Below are positions 1-13,041 of a DNA stretch of 64,000 nt, piece by piece. Positions within the stretch are counted from its first letter, which is position 1; each line of letters opens with the position of its first letter. The translations under genes and the position numbers were made by a program. The notes under the pieces were generated by a model that did not search any database, was not told where the DNA came from, and saw only the letters and a program-made list of their open reading frames with translations. The stretch comes from Trichodelitschia bisporula (lineage: Eukaryota), in contig ML996689.1 in the NCBI GenBank assembly GCA_010356995.1, forward strand, positions 948,691-1,012,690, given 5' to 3'.

Positions 1-78
1 GATACGAGCGTACGTTGCAGACAGGACATTTTGATATCGACCACGTGGCATGGCAATATGGCAAGGAGGAATGCATAC

Positions 79-368
79 CCGAGAATTGTTATCGACGCAA
101 AAGTAGTGAGCGCACTCTCGGCCATCTTCCAACTCGTGCTCTTCCAGTCGAAATCATCAGCCTTCTTCTTCTCATGTGACGTCTCTCCATCAATCGGCAC
201 TGCCTGCGAGCCGCTCTGCGGCCCTGGACTCGGGTCACCATTGATCCATCTCACACCGCCTGGCGAGACACGAGGGATGAAACGCGGAGGTGGGACAAAG
301 AGTTGACTCCGAGCATGTCTCGTGCACCGCAGGCGTGGCAAGCCGACCACGCCACGTAGTCCTATCAT
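79..368 (-). CDS. First exon of a putative mitochondrial membrane protein (possibly the conserved fungal P-loop/AAA-like family); gene continues off the left edge
   Basis: Hand translation from ATG at 368: MIGLRGVVGLPRLRCTRHARSQLF... (Arg-rich, acid-free presequence), then ...DWKSTSWKMAESALTTFASITILG and a GTATGC donor at 78. Absent from the ORF track because the frame runs off the window. Family assignment is from memory of the WKMxESAxTTFAS motif. Confidence 0.65.
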
Positions 369-1641
369 GCCTGGAACCCGGGTCGGCCCAGCCTTGCAAG
401 GCGATCTGCAGCGAGATTACGTCCGGGTTTGAGCTGGCAGATATTAGGGCCCGAGGCTGAGGCAGGAACCGGGACTCGACCGGCGACGTCCTGTGTCCAA
501 GTGTGCTGTGTGCGATGATCGCCAAACCGGGCCGGCCCTTTCCGCGCTTTCCCACGGGAAACGGAAGCCAAATGGTTCCTGGAACAGAAGCGCGTCTAAA
601 ATTGATTGGACAAACAGGGCCCGGGTGGAGAGTGGTATGGAAGCCAGCCTCCAAACAGTGGGATTTGAAAAAAAAACCGGGGAAGATGCAAGAGGTTACT
701 TGGCCCCAAGCTGGCGAGATGTTCGCTGGCAAACACACAGAAGAAGCGGAGTGGGATTTTGGGGTTAGAACGAAAGGGAACAGCGCAGCGAGAAGAGGCA
801 GAAAGGAGTGAGAAAGGAATCGGAGTTAAAGAAAAGGCCGAGTGGGGTATGAAGGAGTGTTGGCGCATACGAAGTTTGTTCAAATGAAGGCGAGGTTCGC
901 TCCTTCAGCGCAGGAGTTAGTTACAACGCGACGACGTCGTTCGTGTCTTGGTGTTTTTCGAGCGTCGGCAGCAGGGGGGGGGGTGCGTCTCAAGCCCAAC
1001 GGCCATACAAAAATGTTGTAGCTGCCTTGTCAGCAAATATGCCTGAACGAACTGTTCATAACTTCTTTTTTGGGACGGCTTTAAACTTTGGACCAGCTTC
1101 AGCGAGTCTGCACCGCCTCACGCCTCGTGCGCCTCATGCGTCTCTCTCCGCCTCTCCACATCTCCCGCATCTTCCGCCTCTCCACGTCTCCCGCCTCTCC
1201 GTCTCAAGTCATTGACCGTTGGAACACGTAATCAATCCCGCTATGCCAATGCAGTTGGGCCTTGTCGCCTGAGGCTCCGGGTACTTGTAATTGTCTTGCT
1301 CGGGCCGACGGGGAAAGAGCGGACGGATGACGGGGAAGGGACTGGGGGACAAGGACAAAGTATGGAGAGGAGGAGCAGGGATGAAGGGACAGCGGAAGTA
1401 AGGTTGGCGGCGCCAGTAGTGCTGCTCCAAAGTGCCTCGCGCTTCGACCTTTTTTTTTTCTTTCTCGCCAACCGTGCTGCATTCTCCCCAAAGAGGTGCA
1501 GTTTTAACAGCGCATCAACCGCTCTATCTTGTACACTACGCACAATCTCACTTCTGATCATCATTCAATCTTCCTCTCCTTGACCTCCGAGCTTCGTCTT
1601 CTGTAATATTAAAAGCCTTTGAGCATTTGAGAATTGGCGCA

Positions 1642-4600
1642 ATGTCTTCGGATTCTGGGAGTGATACCAGCTCCTCCGCTTCCTCTTGTGCGTTACCCCA
1701 CGAACCCCCACCAATTTTGATCTTTGCCTTGTGTGCAATGCTCAATATTCATTCTTTGGCCCTTCTCGCAAGCCAATGCAGCTTGGATCCAGCTGACGGA
1801 AGCGATAGCGTGCTCCGAATCGTCTTCGGGATCCCAGAACGGCGACGTCATCCAAAATGTCGAGATCGTTGAAACCATCGAGACCGGCGACAAGAATGCC
1901 GAGTCCACAGAGGCTGCGGAAAACGCAGAGGATGAGGAAGCCAACGCAATTGAGAGTACGTTCACACCCATGCCACCAACCGGTGGCAAACGGACGTAAA
2001 GCTAACGACCGCCTTACCAGATGTCTTTACCCTTACCATAAAACTCCCCCACGAGCCTTGGGAAACGCAGATTCAGGTACGCATTGGTGGTTGGTGGCGG
2101 TTTGGCGGGGCTAATTCACCAGGTCTCCACGCAAGAACAAGTCCAAGATGTGCGGCAGTCCGTCATCGACCAGCCCTTTGCCATGCAGTATTCCTGCTTC
2201 CATCTGGAGCACAATGGGGAACGGGTGAACGACTTTGTCGAGCTCTCCGAGGTCCCCAACGTCACCTCTGAGTCTACCTTCACGCTGGTGGAGGATCCCT
2301 ACAATGAGAAGGAGGCCCGTATGCATGTCATTCGGATCCGGGAGCTGATCGGAGCTTCTGGTGACCGAACGGACACCATCTATGGCATCAGTGCCGGACT
2401 CTCGCTGCACGACAGCATCACAGAGCCTCACATTGCTGCCAGCGCATCGGCTCAGAACGGTGCTCAGCCTGCCGAAGGTGAGAATGTGGCCGACTACAAG
2501 TTCGAGGCTCCCGGCACGGTCAAGACCTTGCTCCTGCCTCCCCAGCAGCCAGCCCCCAAGACCATCAAGTCGATCAGCCTCTCGCCGTGGAATCCTCCTC
2601 CGTACCACCTCCGGACAAAGGGTCACCTTCTCTACCTGGTGCTCGTCACTAACGAGGGTGAGCAGTACCATATAACCTCGCATGTCTCTGGCTTCTACGT
2701 CAACCGATCGAGCCACAACAAGTTCGAGCCGTCTCCCAAGCAGGGGCCGAAGAGCCTCCACGCCCACTCTCTCCTTACCCTCATTAGCCAGCTGTCTCCT
2801 TCATTTGAGGCATCATTCAAGGCTCTCCTGGAGTTCAACAGCAAGCGGGAGCCTCTCGCCATGTTCCAGCTCTCCAACGCGATCCCTGTGAGCCCATGGC
2901 TAGTTGCACCGCCGGTTGTGTCCATCGACCACCAAGCGGACATCACCCGCACTCAGGAGAGCTTCCTCCTTTCTGGTGCCGAGCGTACGGACACTCTGCG
3001 GGACTGGAATGAGGAGTTCCAATCCACTCGTGAGATGCCTAAGGAGACCGTCCAGGACAAGGTCTTCCGGGAGCGTCTTACCTCCAAGCTGTTTGCCGAC
3101 TACAACGAGGCTGCGGCACGGGGTGCCGTGCTCGTCGCTCGTGGAGAGGTCGCACCTCTGAACCCGACGGAAGGCCGGGATGCTCAGATCTTTGTCTACA
3201 ATAACGTCTTCTTCTCGTTCGGCGCCGATGGTGTTGGCACGTTTGTCACTGAGGGCGGTGACGAAGCTGCTCGTGTTGCGACTGGCAAGGATGTCATGGG
3301 CGTGAAGGCGGTGAACCAGCTCGACATCAACGGGCTGTTCACGCCTGGTACCGTGGTCGTAGACTACCTTGGCAAGCGCATTGTCGGCCAGAGCATCGTT
3401 CCGGGTATCTTCAAGCAGCGGGAGCCTGGAGAGCACCAGGTCGACTACGGAGGTGTCGAGGGTAAGGAGGTTGTTGCTGACAACGAGGCATTTGTGCCTC
3501 TGTTCGACAAGCTGTCTGCGGCCCTGCACGTCAAGAAGCACCCGGTCTGGGACAAGGAGGGTGTGCGCCACGACCTCGAGGCGAGCGTTGAGACCAAGGG
3601 ACTTCTTGGTACCGACGCCCGCAAGTACATTCTGGATCTGTACCGCATCGCTCCTCTGGACGTGCCGTGGATTGAGCAGTACTGGACGTCGACCGATGAG
3701 CGGAAGGAGAAGCAGAACCCCGATAAGGATTATCCCCACCGCATGACTGTTCTCCGAATTGAACTCGTACAGGCCTATGCCCGTGAGAAGCTCCGGGAGT
3801 ATGTCAACGCCGAGTTGAAGAAGGTTGCCGAGCGCAAGGAATCTGAAGCTAAGAAGGTAGAGAGTGGCGAGAAGTCGGAAACGGAAGACAAGCCCGAGGG
3901 GGCCGAGGAAGAGGCCAAGAAGGATGACACTCCCCGCGTCGACATGTCCAAGTTCAAGTTTGCGCTCAATCCCGACGTCTTCTCCGGCCAGGTGCCGCAA
4001 GCCGACGAGGAGAAGGAGCAGATGGCCCAGGATGAGGCTGATGTGCGGGCCACCTGCAACTACCTGACGTCGCAGGTCATTCCGCATCTCATCCGGGAGC
4101 TGCAGGAGGGCGAGGTTGGCTTCCCCATGGATGGCCAGTCTCTGAGCTCGCTTCTCCATAAGCGTGGTATCAACATGCGTTACTTGGGGCTCATTGCCAC
4201 CCTGACCGATGCGGACAGCACACGCCTGCGGTCGCTGCGGAGCCTCACCGTCCAGGAGATGGTTTCTCGTGCCTTCAAGCACGTCGCCAACAAGAGGCTG
4301 CGATACCTCGCTGCACCGTTTGCGCCAGCTTGTGTTTCCCACCTGCTCAACTGCCTGCTTGGCTCCAAGGTCAACCCCAAGCCAGTGGCGGAGACGGACG
4401 AGTCGCTCAAGGCCATCTACCCTGACGAGGATCTGAGCTACGAGAAGGTCACGCCAGAGAGCCTGAAGGCGGAGATTGTTGATCAGATTCGCCTGAGGTA
4501 CCGCTACGTGCTCAAAGACGACATCGTCCAGCCGGGCAAGGAGCTGCAGATGCTCCGCGAGGTTGCCCTTAAGCTGGGTATGCAGCTTGTCGCCAAGGAC

Positions 4601-5858
4601 TATGCCTTCGACCCTGAGCGCGCCACGGTCAATGGTACTGCTGAGCGCCAGCCTGCTCCAGGTGCTGCTCCCGCGACCAGTGGCCATTCCAGCGGGGCCA
4701 GCAAGAAGAAGAAGAAGAGCAAGGAAACGTCTTCACCGCTGCGGAGCGACTCGCCTTTGCCTCAGCAGCTGGTCACCTTCCATCCTGATGACGTGCTCAA
4801 CTTTGTGCCCGTCATCAAGGAGGCCTCGCCCAAGGTATGTTTTGCTCCGCTACCTGTTATCAATTGCTAACCCTGTGCAGAGTACTTTGGCTGAGGAGGC
4901 CTACGACGGCGGCCGCATGTCGCTTCACCAGGACCAGAAGGAGCTGGGCCAGGAGCTGCTGCTGGAGTCTCTTTCACTCTATGAGCAGATCTACGGTATC
5001 CTTCACCCCGAGGTTGCGAGGATCTACCTCCAGCTCTCCAGCTTGTATTACGGCATGGATGAGAAGAACGCAGCCGTTGAGCTCGCGCGCAAAGCTGTGA
5101 TCGTGGCTGAGCGTACTCTCGGCATCGACTCCCATGAGACGATCCTCAGCTACCTCAACCTGGGCCTTTTCGAGCACGCTAACGGCAACTCGAGCTTAGC
5201 GCTGCCTTATGTACTCCATGCGCTGGAACTGTGGAAGATCGTCTATGGCCCCTCGCACCCGGATTCCATCACCACGATCAACAACGCAGCCGTGATGCTG
5301 CAAAGCATGAAGCGCTACCACGAGTCGCGCGTCTGGTTCGAAGCCTCTCTCGCACTCAGCGAAATCGTTTCAGGTCGGCAATCTGTCAACACTGCGACGC
5401 TACTCTTCCAGCTTGCGCAAGCCTTGGCGCTGGACAAGGACTCGCATGCGGCGGTACGTCGCATGCAGGAGTCGTGCAATATCTTCCGCGCGCTGCTTGG
5501 CCCCGAGGACCGCAACACCAAGGAGGCGGAGCACTGGCTGGACCAGCTCACGCAGAGCGCTGTCAGCCTCGCCAAGCGCGCAAAGGACATTCAGTCGCAG
5601 CGGTTCCGCCGCGGCGGTCCGCTCTCGCGCATGGGCGCTACGCAGCCCCAGCCGCAGGTTGGGCAGACGAGTGCTGATGCGGCCAAGGGGCGGATTCCGG
5701 GGGCCAGGAGCGATGTGGACAACCGGAGCATCGACGAGCTGATCAAGTTCATTGATGGGGATGCGGGGCAGACGGCTAAGTCTGGACGGGGGAAGAAGGG
5801 TGGCTCTGGGACGCGCGGTGGGGGGGTTAAGCGTGGGGCCAGGAGGACGGGTGCGTAA
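1642..5858 (+). CDS. CLU1: Clustered mitochondria protein (Clu1/CLUH/TIF31), with CLU domain and C-terminal TPR region
   Basis: Exons 1642-1687, 1809-1955, 2021-2076, 2123-4834 and 4881-5858 join in frame with GT..AG ends and branch sites. Motifs SLSPWNPPPYHLR, RDWNEEFQSTRE, VVDYLGKRIVGQSIVPGIF, LHKRGINMRYLG and TPR helices (YGILHPEVA, YGPSHPDS). Confidence 0.96.
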
Positions 5859-6858
5859 TGGATTTGCGGGTGTACATGTGGACGGGATAAAAGGAACTGG
5901 AAAAAGGTAACGGCTGGCTTCTTAGAATCGGGTACATGATTGCTAGCTAGGGAAGGTGTGAATGCATGGGCGGGAGAGGGTGTACATATTTGCATTGGCG
6001 GGGGGGAAATTGGAGCTTTCTTCTCTTTTGGATTGCGGGTCGGAGTCGTTCGCGATAGACTAGGCATCATCACCACTCATCTTGTTGCGGTTGAATTAAG
6101 TTTGTGTTGAGAGAGGCTTGCGTTTGCTGCGCGGCGGATGTGTGTGGGTGCGGATTCCAAATCGATGGATGTGAAGCATGTCGAATGCGGGTGATCACCG
6201 CGGTAGATCAGTAATGGCAGTATTGCTGGCTGTTGCTTCCATACCCCATGGTAGCTATGTTGATGTGGACATGAGGCAGGAGCATTGCTAGGCAGGAAGG
6301 GGCATGTTACTCGAAATGAGGAACATGACATAATTCACGATGAGTGGAAGGAACAAAGGAGGACATTTGCCACATAGCGCACCATAGTATTTAGTCCCGA
6401 GCGTCTCTCGACTCTCTTCTTCTCTTCGTCCTTCATCAACTCTTCACTTCACACCGCAGCCATCGCACGTGTCATGCCCATGCTTCCATTATATGTCATA
6501 AGAAGAAGTGACGTTGCAGCCTCGGCACCTACCAGCCGCGTCGTGACCCCGCGTTGCGACCAGAACTAGGGGACGCAATGCGGGGAATAAGCCTCGCAGG
6601 GTGCGCACATCTCCACCTTGTGGGGAGAGCGGGGATTCGCGATCTCGTGAGGGGTATAGTATGCAGGCCGAGGGGGAGAGGAGCTCGAGTGTGGTAAAAG
6701 GGCTGCGGCGGGGCTGACGTTGTGCTGGTTGCTGTGCTGCGAGGCTTGAATTCGGCCTCGCATTGGACTTGATACTGGGCACGAGGTTCGCACATCCCTT
6801 CGACGACGGCTCCGTGCCGTGCTAACACGCAAAGCAACGCAGATATCAAACCGCAACC

Positions 6859-7871
6859 ATGCCCACCCACCTAAACCCTCCTTCCCACGCCCCGGCCCCC
6901 CTGCCCACCGACCCGCAAACCCTTGCCGACATACAGCACGTCTTAGAGCATGGCTTCGTGATCTTGCCCTCCCTCCTCTCACCCTCAGTGGTCGCAGCAT
7001 GCAACGCCGAACTCGCACGCCTCTCCGGTTCCACGCCCTCGCGCGGACGGAACTCTTTCGAAGGCGTGGCGACTGTCCGGATCTACGCCCTGCTGAACAA
7101 GTCGCGGATATTCGATGAGCTGGTTGTGTTGCCGCGCGTGCTGGCGCTGAATGAGTACTTCCTCAGCCCTGGGTATGCGATTAGTGCGATGCATAGTATT
7201 GAGATTGGGGCGGGGGAGCGGGCGCAAGGGTTGCATCATGATGATATGTTTTGCGACCTGTCGAGGCCGAGGCGGGCGCTGGGGACAGCGGTTGTAGTTG
7301 CGTTGGATGGGTTTGGGGTGGAGAATGGGGCGACGAGGATTGTGGCTGGGAGTCATAAGTGGGGGGGGAGGGTCCCACGGGGGGGCGATGAGGTTGTGAG
7401 TGTGGAGTGTGAGGCGGGGAGTGTGGTGTATTTTTTGGGGACGACGTGGCATGGGGGTGGGGAGAATAGGAGTGGGAGGCCGAGGAGGAGTGTTACGGTG
7501 CAGTATTGCCAGCCTTGGGTGAGTTTTCCAATGGAGTGAGGGTTTGGTGAGTGGTTGACGGTGGCAGGTTCGGCCGATTGAAAATCAGTTCCTGGCGGTT
7601 GATCCGCGGAAGCTGGATGAGATTCCGGAGCGGATTGTTGATATGATGGGGTATAAGGTCCACAAGCCGTTTATTGGGTATGGTGAGTGGTTGTTCTTGC
7701 CTGGAGGGGTTTCCTGGTGGGGGAGGTTAGCTGATTTGATATTGGATAGTTGATGGATTGAGTCCGCGGACGGCTGCGAAGCGGATGGTGCAGTGGTTGC
7801 AGAAGCCGGCGGATTGCAATCCGCCTTCGTTTGCGCATCGTGGTGATGTGGAGGAGAAGAGCAAGTTGTAG
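6859..7871 (+). CDS. PhyH-family Fe(II)/2-oxoglutarate dioxygenase with C-terminal peroxisomal signal SKL
   Basis: Exons 6859-7518, 7568-7682 and 7750-7871. HxD (LHHDD), ENGATRIVAGSH, WHGGGENRS..R and YCQPW/VRPIENQ motifs; spliced product ends ...EEKSKL-TAG. Confidence 0.9.
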
Positions 7872-8260
7872 CAAATGGAAGTTGCTATCCAGGGCAGGGC
7901 CGATGTCTCAGCTAAGCTGGACGATGGAGAAGGCGAAGCCGGCCCCCGAGTTTATGCTTCACAACGATGCGGAGAAGGGGAAAACGTAGCAAATTGAAGT
8001 TGTGTTCAGCATTGCACAATGGAGATGGGCGAGCCCGATGCCTTTGGGCTCGCGCATCATAGCGATGTAGAAGAGTAAGTTGGATCAATTGAGGTGGTGA
8101 TTGACGAGGGCCGATTTATGAGCAAGGCTGAATGACGGGAGATAGATGAGCCCATCCCCCACGTTTGTACATCACAGCAACCTGGGGAAGAGAGGCAATT
8201 TGTAGTAACTGCAGTCGTATTTAAGAACGGGGTCGATGTTTCGGCTAGGCTGGAGGAGGA
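7825..8260 (+). repeat. Degenerate tandem array of about 4 units (about 96-120 bp) spanning the PhyH stop codon and 3' UTR
   Basis: Units share TTTG(C/T)..CATC....GATG..GAG.AG...AA.TTGTAG.AA and (A)GGG.CGAT.T....GC.A.GCTG; stop-equivalent positions at 7869, 7987, about 8083 and 8203. Confidence 0.7.
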
Positions 8261-10893
8261 ATGTGGGCCGTCCCGATCGGCCTAAACTAGCGACCGCGGG
8301 CCCTGCCGAAGACAAAATGGCTGCTTATTCGCCCAGTGTATTGGAATATCAATGTCGTCTTCGCTGACCCGCAATTGACGGGCGCTACAATCTTCCAGAA
8401 GTAAGCGGGCATTTACGGGGCTGGGGATTTTTGGTTGCGGCAAGCGCGATGCGACGTGATACGAGACGGCAAGTTCTCGACGGCAGGCTTGCGGCTAAGA
8501 AGCAGTTGGATAAGCGCCCGGGCCGCTCAGACTCCCGCAAAGCCAAGAAGAGCCAAGAGGCAGAAGAAAACCCAGGACTACGGGTCGACCGTAAGCAACT
8601 TTTCTTTTTTGCGCATCGTTTTCCCCTTCCCCGTCAACGCTAAGGCCTGGAGCTGAGCAAATTTGCTGTGACGATATGCAGGAGGGGCAAGTTTTGGGGA
8701 GAGAGATACGGGAGGGAGGGGAAAGCGAAAGGGCGCGGGACGGTTGATATGCGGTGCCAGATAATGGGAATTGGTGGAGTGAGAAATGTTTGTTGTGGAA
8801 AGCAAATGCGTACCGTATCTTCCGCCTCATGGACGCGGTGGGATGGCGATGCCCCTGGTGACACGAGAGCGAGTGGCAGGTGGATTGGCGTGTGCAGTGC
8901 CGCATGGATGCCGCATGGCTGACCTGCTGCACGCCCTTCCGCAATGGGACGGACGTGGCGCTGGCAAGCTTCGGGAGAAATTTTGGAGATAGAGGAGGTG
9001 ATTGAAGCGGAGCCTCCACATGGAGGGAACGACAGGTAAGAGGGAAACTAGAGGGTTGGTGATGGTACCAGGTACGATACCTCGGAGTAGTTCTTACTTC
9101 TGAGGTCATAAAACCTCCGGGACACGCACGTTTAGGGCTATGTGAAGTGCAACGAGTGTACCGTGCAGTTACGGGTGTGGTATGGAATGGCTGACGGAAT
9201 ATTGGTGCAAATGTTGCCATGCAAGGCCTGGACTTTGCGAAGCGGCACAGCTCGAGTGCGGCGGCGAAGGAGATGTGGAAAAAGGAACGTTGGACATCAT
9301 GTGGCATCCGGGGGTGGATACCGTTCCTTTCTCACGCCTTTTGCGCCTGTTCCATCCCATCGGCTCTCATGAGAGAGACAAGGGCAAAGCAAAGGCATGG
9401 TCAAGCGCGCACACGATGTCAAGCGAAAAAGCTCAAGCGACAAGCGCAGGTGCCAATCTATCGCGACATGGGAGGTTGGTGAGCAGGAAAACCCAACAAA
9501 CCAACAAACCAACAACGTTCCAGCAAGTCTTTTGAAGCAAAGCAAAGCAGATCATCGCATCAAAAAGCAAAACAACACAGACAGTCAGACAGTCAGCCAA
9601 GCGAGATGCAAAAGCTCACGCACCACACGCGCTTCAATGCCCTCTTTGTCTCATCACCCTCGGAGGCGGAGAGGTGGAGCAGCGCCCGACGCAGAAACCT
9701 CCGGATTAAAACTGAACAGCCGCGCGGATTTCCTGCCCTTTCGCGATTGCCAAAAGCCTAAGCTCCATATTATCGGCCTCGTGAGCCGCCTCAGCCGCTT
9801 CCACTCCTGGTATAGGAGTGACAGCCGACTGGCGGATATTTTTGTGCTACTTACTGCACAACTCTACGGATGTACCGTAGAACTACGGTACCCCACAGGC
9901 CTTAACCCCTCTCCACTCATCCTCCATCATCGAACTGTATCCGAGTCCCCCTTCTCCCGCCTCCAGCCCCCCCCCGCGCCTCTTCCTCCACCCCCCACCA
10001 CCAACACCTCCACCTTCGGCACCTGCACAGACGGGAGCGATAAATCACCGTTTCTTGGCCCTCGAGACTATTGGTCCACTCCGCTGATGCCTGACTCGTC
10101 TCTACCTTGGCGCGTCGATTCAGCTCACTACCAGTACCGTAAGCCTGGGCAAGATAAGTTAGACTGAAGGCAATGATCCCTCATCCCTCATGCCTCACTC
10201 CCTCTAGCAGAATCCCATACAGTTGGGAACGGGAGCTAGATACCCAGCGAAATACTGGTACCGTAGAGTATTTTCTTCTTTGATCCGCCTGTGCTGTAAC
10301 ACTTGCCGTCTCTCTCGCTCCTCTCTCCGTCTCCATCACACACTCACTCTCTCTCTCTGTCTCCATCTCACTCCCTCCCTCCCATCTCGAAACTCTCTTG
10401 CATTTGCGACTGTGCGGTGCAATCCTTCAATGCCCTCTATTTCTTATGCTTATTCCGCCATTGCAAGCCTCACTCTTACGGTACAATCGTCGATTGATTA
10501 TCCATCTTCCGCTCCCCTTCACGTCATGAGCTCCCACTGAATCGTCCCAACCACCTAACACCCTCCTCCTCCCCCCACCCCCTACCCTGCCTTTGATCAT
10601 CCATCACCCCCATCCCAGGATCCCTCCACACCTCGCATCCCCAGTTTCCAACACCCTCGCTCCTTCGAACCACTTTTTCCTAGACCTCTTCACCCCATTG
10701 ATGCAGGAACAAGCATATCTCCACCGCGCAGCCTCTTACCGTTTCCTCGGATGCACCTCCCTCCACATAAGCCCGTCGGCCCCGTTGTTGCTTCCGTTCC
10801 CCCACTCCCCCCGCCGCTTCGACTGTCCACCCACCCCATCCCCCACCTCCGCACTCCAGCTGCGGCCGTCGTTGCGCGTGCGCAGCCCTCCAA

Positions 10894-12198
10894 ATGGCGG
10901 ATGGAGGCGAAGCCGGCACGCGGTACACCGTCATCAGCGAACATGACCAGAGCGGCGTGCTCTGGATCGTGTCGCTCATCAGCGTCTGCTTCACCACCGT
11001 CGCAATCGCGGCGCGCATCCTGTCCAAGCTGCGCTTCTCCTTCAAGTTTGAGGTGGACGACTATGTCATGGTAGTCGCATATGTAAGTGTAACCTGTCAC
11101 CTTGTGTTACTGTAACCTTGCTTATGGTTCTCTTCTACGCTAGGCCTTTGGCATAATACAAAGTTCACTATGGTTCAAGGCTCTGGTCTTGGGCTTTGGA
11201 AAGGACTCAACACTAGTTGATCCAAGCAAGGTGCCGGGAATAGCAACCTACTTCTCCGCCGGCACCATATTTCTCCTCTTATCGCTCTACTGCACCAAGG
11301 TATATACATAAATTCCATTTCACTCGTACTGCGGCTCCCGAGGGTCCTAGCAGAAGGCAGCTACGGGCTATTTAGCTAATGCTCCATCAAGGTATCCCTT
11401 GCACTTCTCGTCCAGCGCCTGTTCCAGACACGCCTGACCTGGCTTTGGATATCGTTTTCTGTAATTGGCGTGGTCGTTACAATTACAGTCGAAGCTGGGT
11501 GCTTTCCCGGTGCATGCCGTGCTCCGTTCACACGTTGGATGATCGCCATGGTCTTCGACGTCCTCACCGAAATAGCTGTCATCGCCCTCCCTATCTGGTG
11601 CTTGCGTATGGTCCAAATGGAGCGCCAGAGCAAGTACAAAGTCATCCTATCGTTCTCCAGCCGCATCGTCGTCATCGTCTTCGCCGTCCTCGCCATGTGG
11701 CGCCTCGCCCACTTCCTCTTCCGCCAGGACCGAGACCCCAGCACCCGCGCCATCAACCCCGCCATCTTCCATCAATTCGAACTCATGTGCTCCGTCTGCA
11801 TCGCCTCCATCGTCCCCTGCTTTCGCCTCCTCTTCCAGTCATCAGAGCGCACGGGACCTGAGCTTATCCGCCGCGGCGGTGGTTCCGGCGGCATTAACAT
11901 GACCTACGCCAAACGGCCTGCTGTTGAGGACTCCTTCGGCTTGGATTCGGATTCGATTCATGGAGACGAGTCGGCTGCACCGAGCGGCAAGGTCGAGCAT
12001 GGTTTCGGCTTGGATTCGGTTCATGGGGACAAGTCGGCTGCGCCCAGCGGCAAGGCCGCGCACTCGCCGTCGCCGAGCCAGGATCTTGCCGTTGTGTCGT
12101 CGCAGACTGGGGAGGGGTCGAATGGTCGTGCCAGCGGCTCTAGCATCACGCCCAGTCTGAGGACGGGCATATCTCAGAAGCCGTTGGCTGGCAAATAA
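10894..12198 (+). CDS. PTH11-like (fungal rhodopsin-domain) multi-pass membrane protein, no CFEM domain
   Basis: Exons 10894-11082, 11144-11299 and 11392-12198 join in frame. AARI...DDY, LGFGK, CTKVSL, DVLTEIAVIALP, KYKVILSFSSRI and ELMCSVCIASIVP match the PTH11-like 7-TM pattern. Confidence 0.8.
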
Positions 12199-13041
12199 TT
12201 TGTGTTTTGCGCTGGGCGTCCTGGTGTGCTTTGTGTGGGAATTAGCATGGGAAAGGATATATGGGTTTGGGTGTGTGTTGTGTGTATTATAAGGGCTCTT
12301 GTCTGTTGGCTGGTCCCAACAGCACTTGGACGGGTTTTACATTTGGGCAAGGATCATGATGGGAAAAGCTCTGAAAAGGTTGAATGGTTTGGGCAAGGAA
12401 GTTTTAACGACCAAAGGTCCGGGAGGGCCGCCATGTATTAACGACTATTTGGGATTCTTTTGTTGTTGAGATGGGGGATCATTCCTGGGCTCTTTTTTCT
12501 CTGTTTTCGAGGGACATTTGCCTAGATTGCATTGTTGTTCTGGGGGATTTGGTGATTGGGGGTGGATTATGGATCTGATTGAGCGTGGGTTTGGATTATG
12601 GCACAGAGTTCGGATGCGGTCCCCGAATTGGTATTGATAGTGCTTTTTGGGGATGGGAATTGAATGGGTTAGGAATGGGATTATGGCCTGTGGATCGGGA
12701 TCGGGCTTCTCTCTGGCTTTTTGGGGAGAACCCACTTGCTTTCACCATTGTAGCGACACTTTGGCCTCAACTAAATTCATTCCAAACCGTCTATCATCAA
12801 AATATCCCACTGCACTCATCGAGTGACATGTAACCCCTTGTCCATGCTGCCGAACCCATCAAAGGCAGGACCGTCACACACTAAACAACCCTCTTCGAAC
12901 CTTCCCTCCCGGAAAATCCTTCCCCCGCCCACCTCCCCTCCACCCCATCCACCACTATCACCGCGCGTCGTCATCGCGCCCCCAAAACACCACCCCCTCC
13001 ATGCGCGCCTAACATCAAACCCGCACCCTTTTCTCCGCCTC

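Noticed and set aside
2900..4687. 595-aa antisense ORF over CLU1, and similar long antisense or shifted ORFs over Ppo, ING, PRP24 and GH16
   Set aside because: Shadow ORFs expected from GC-rich codon bias on the coding strand; no recognisable motifs.
8495..10167. 270-aa (-) and 256-aa (+) ORFs in the long intergenic region
   Set aside because: Low-complexity translations without motifs or typical codon usage; more likely promoter or UTR DNA.
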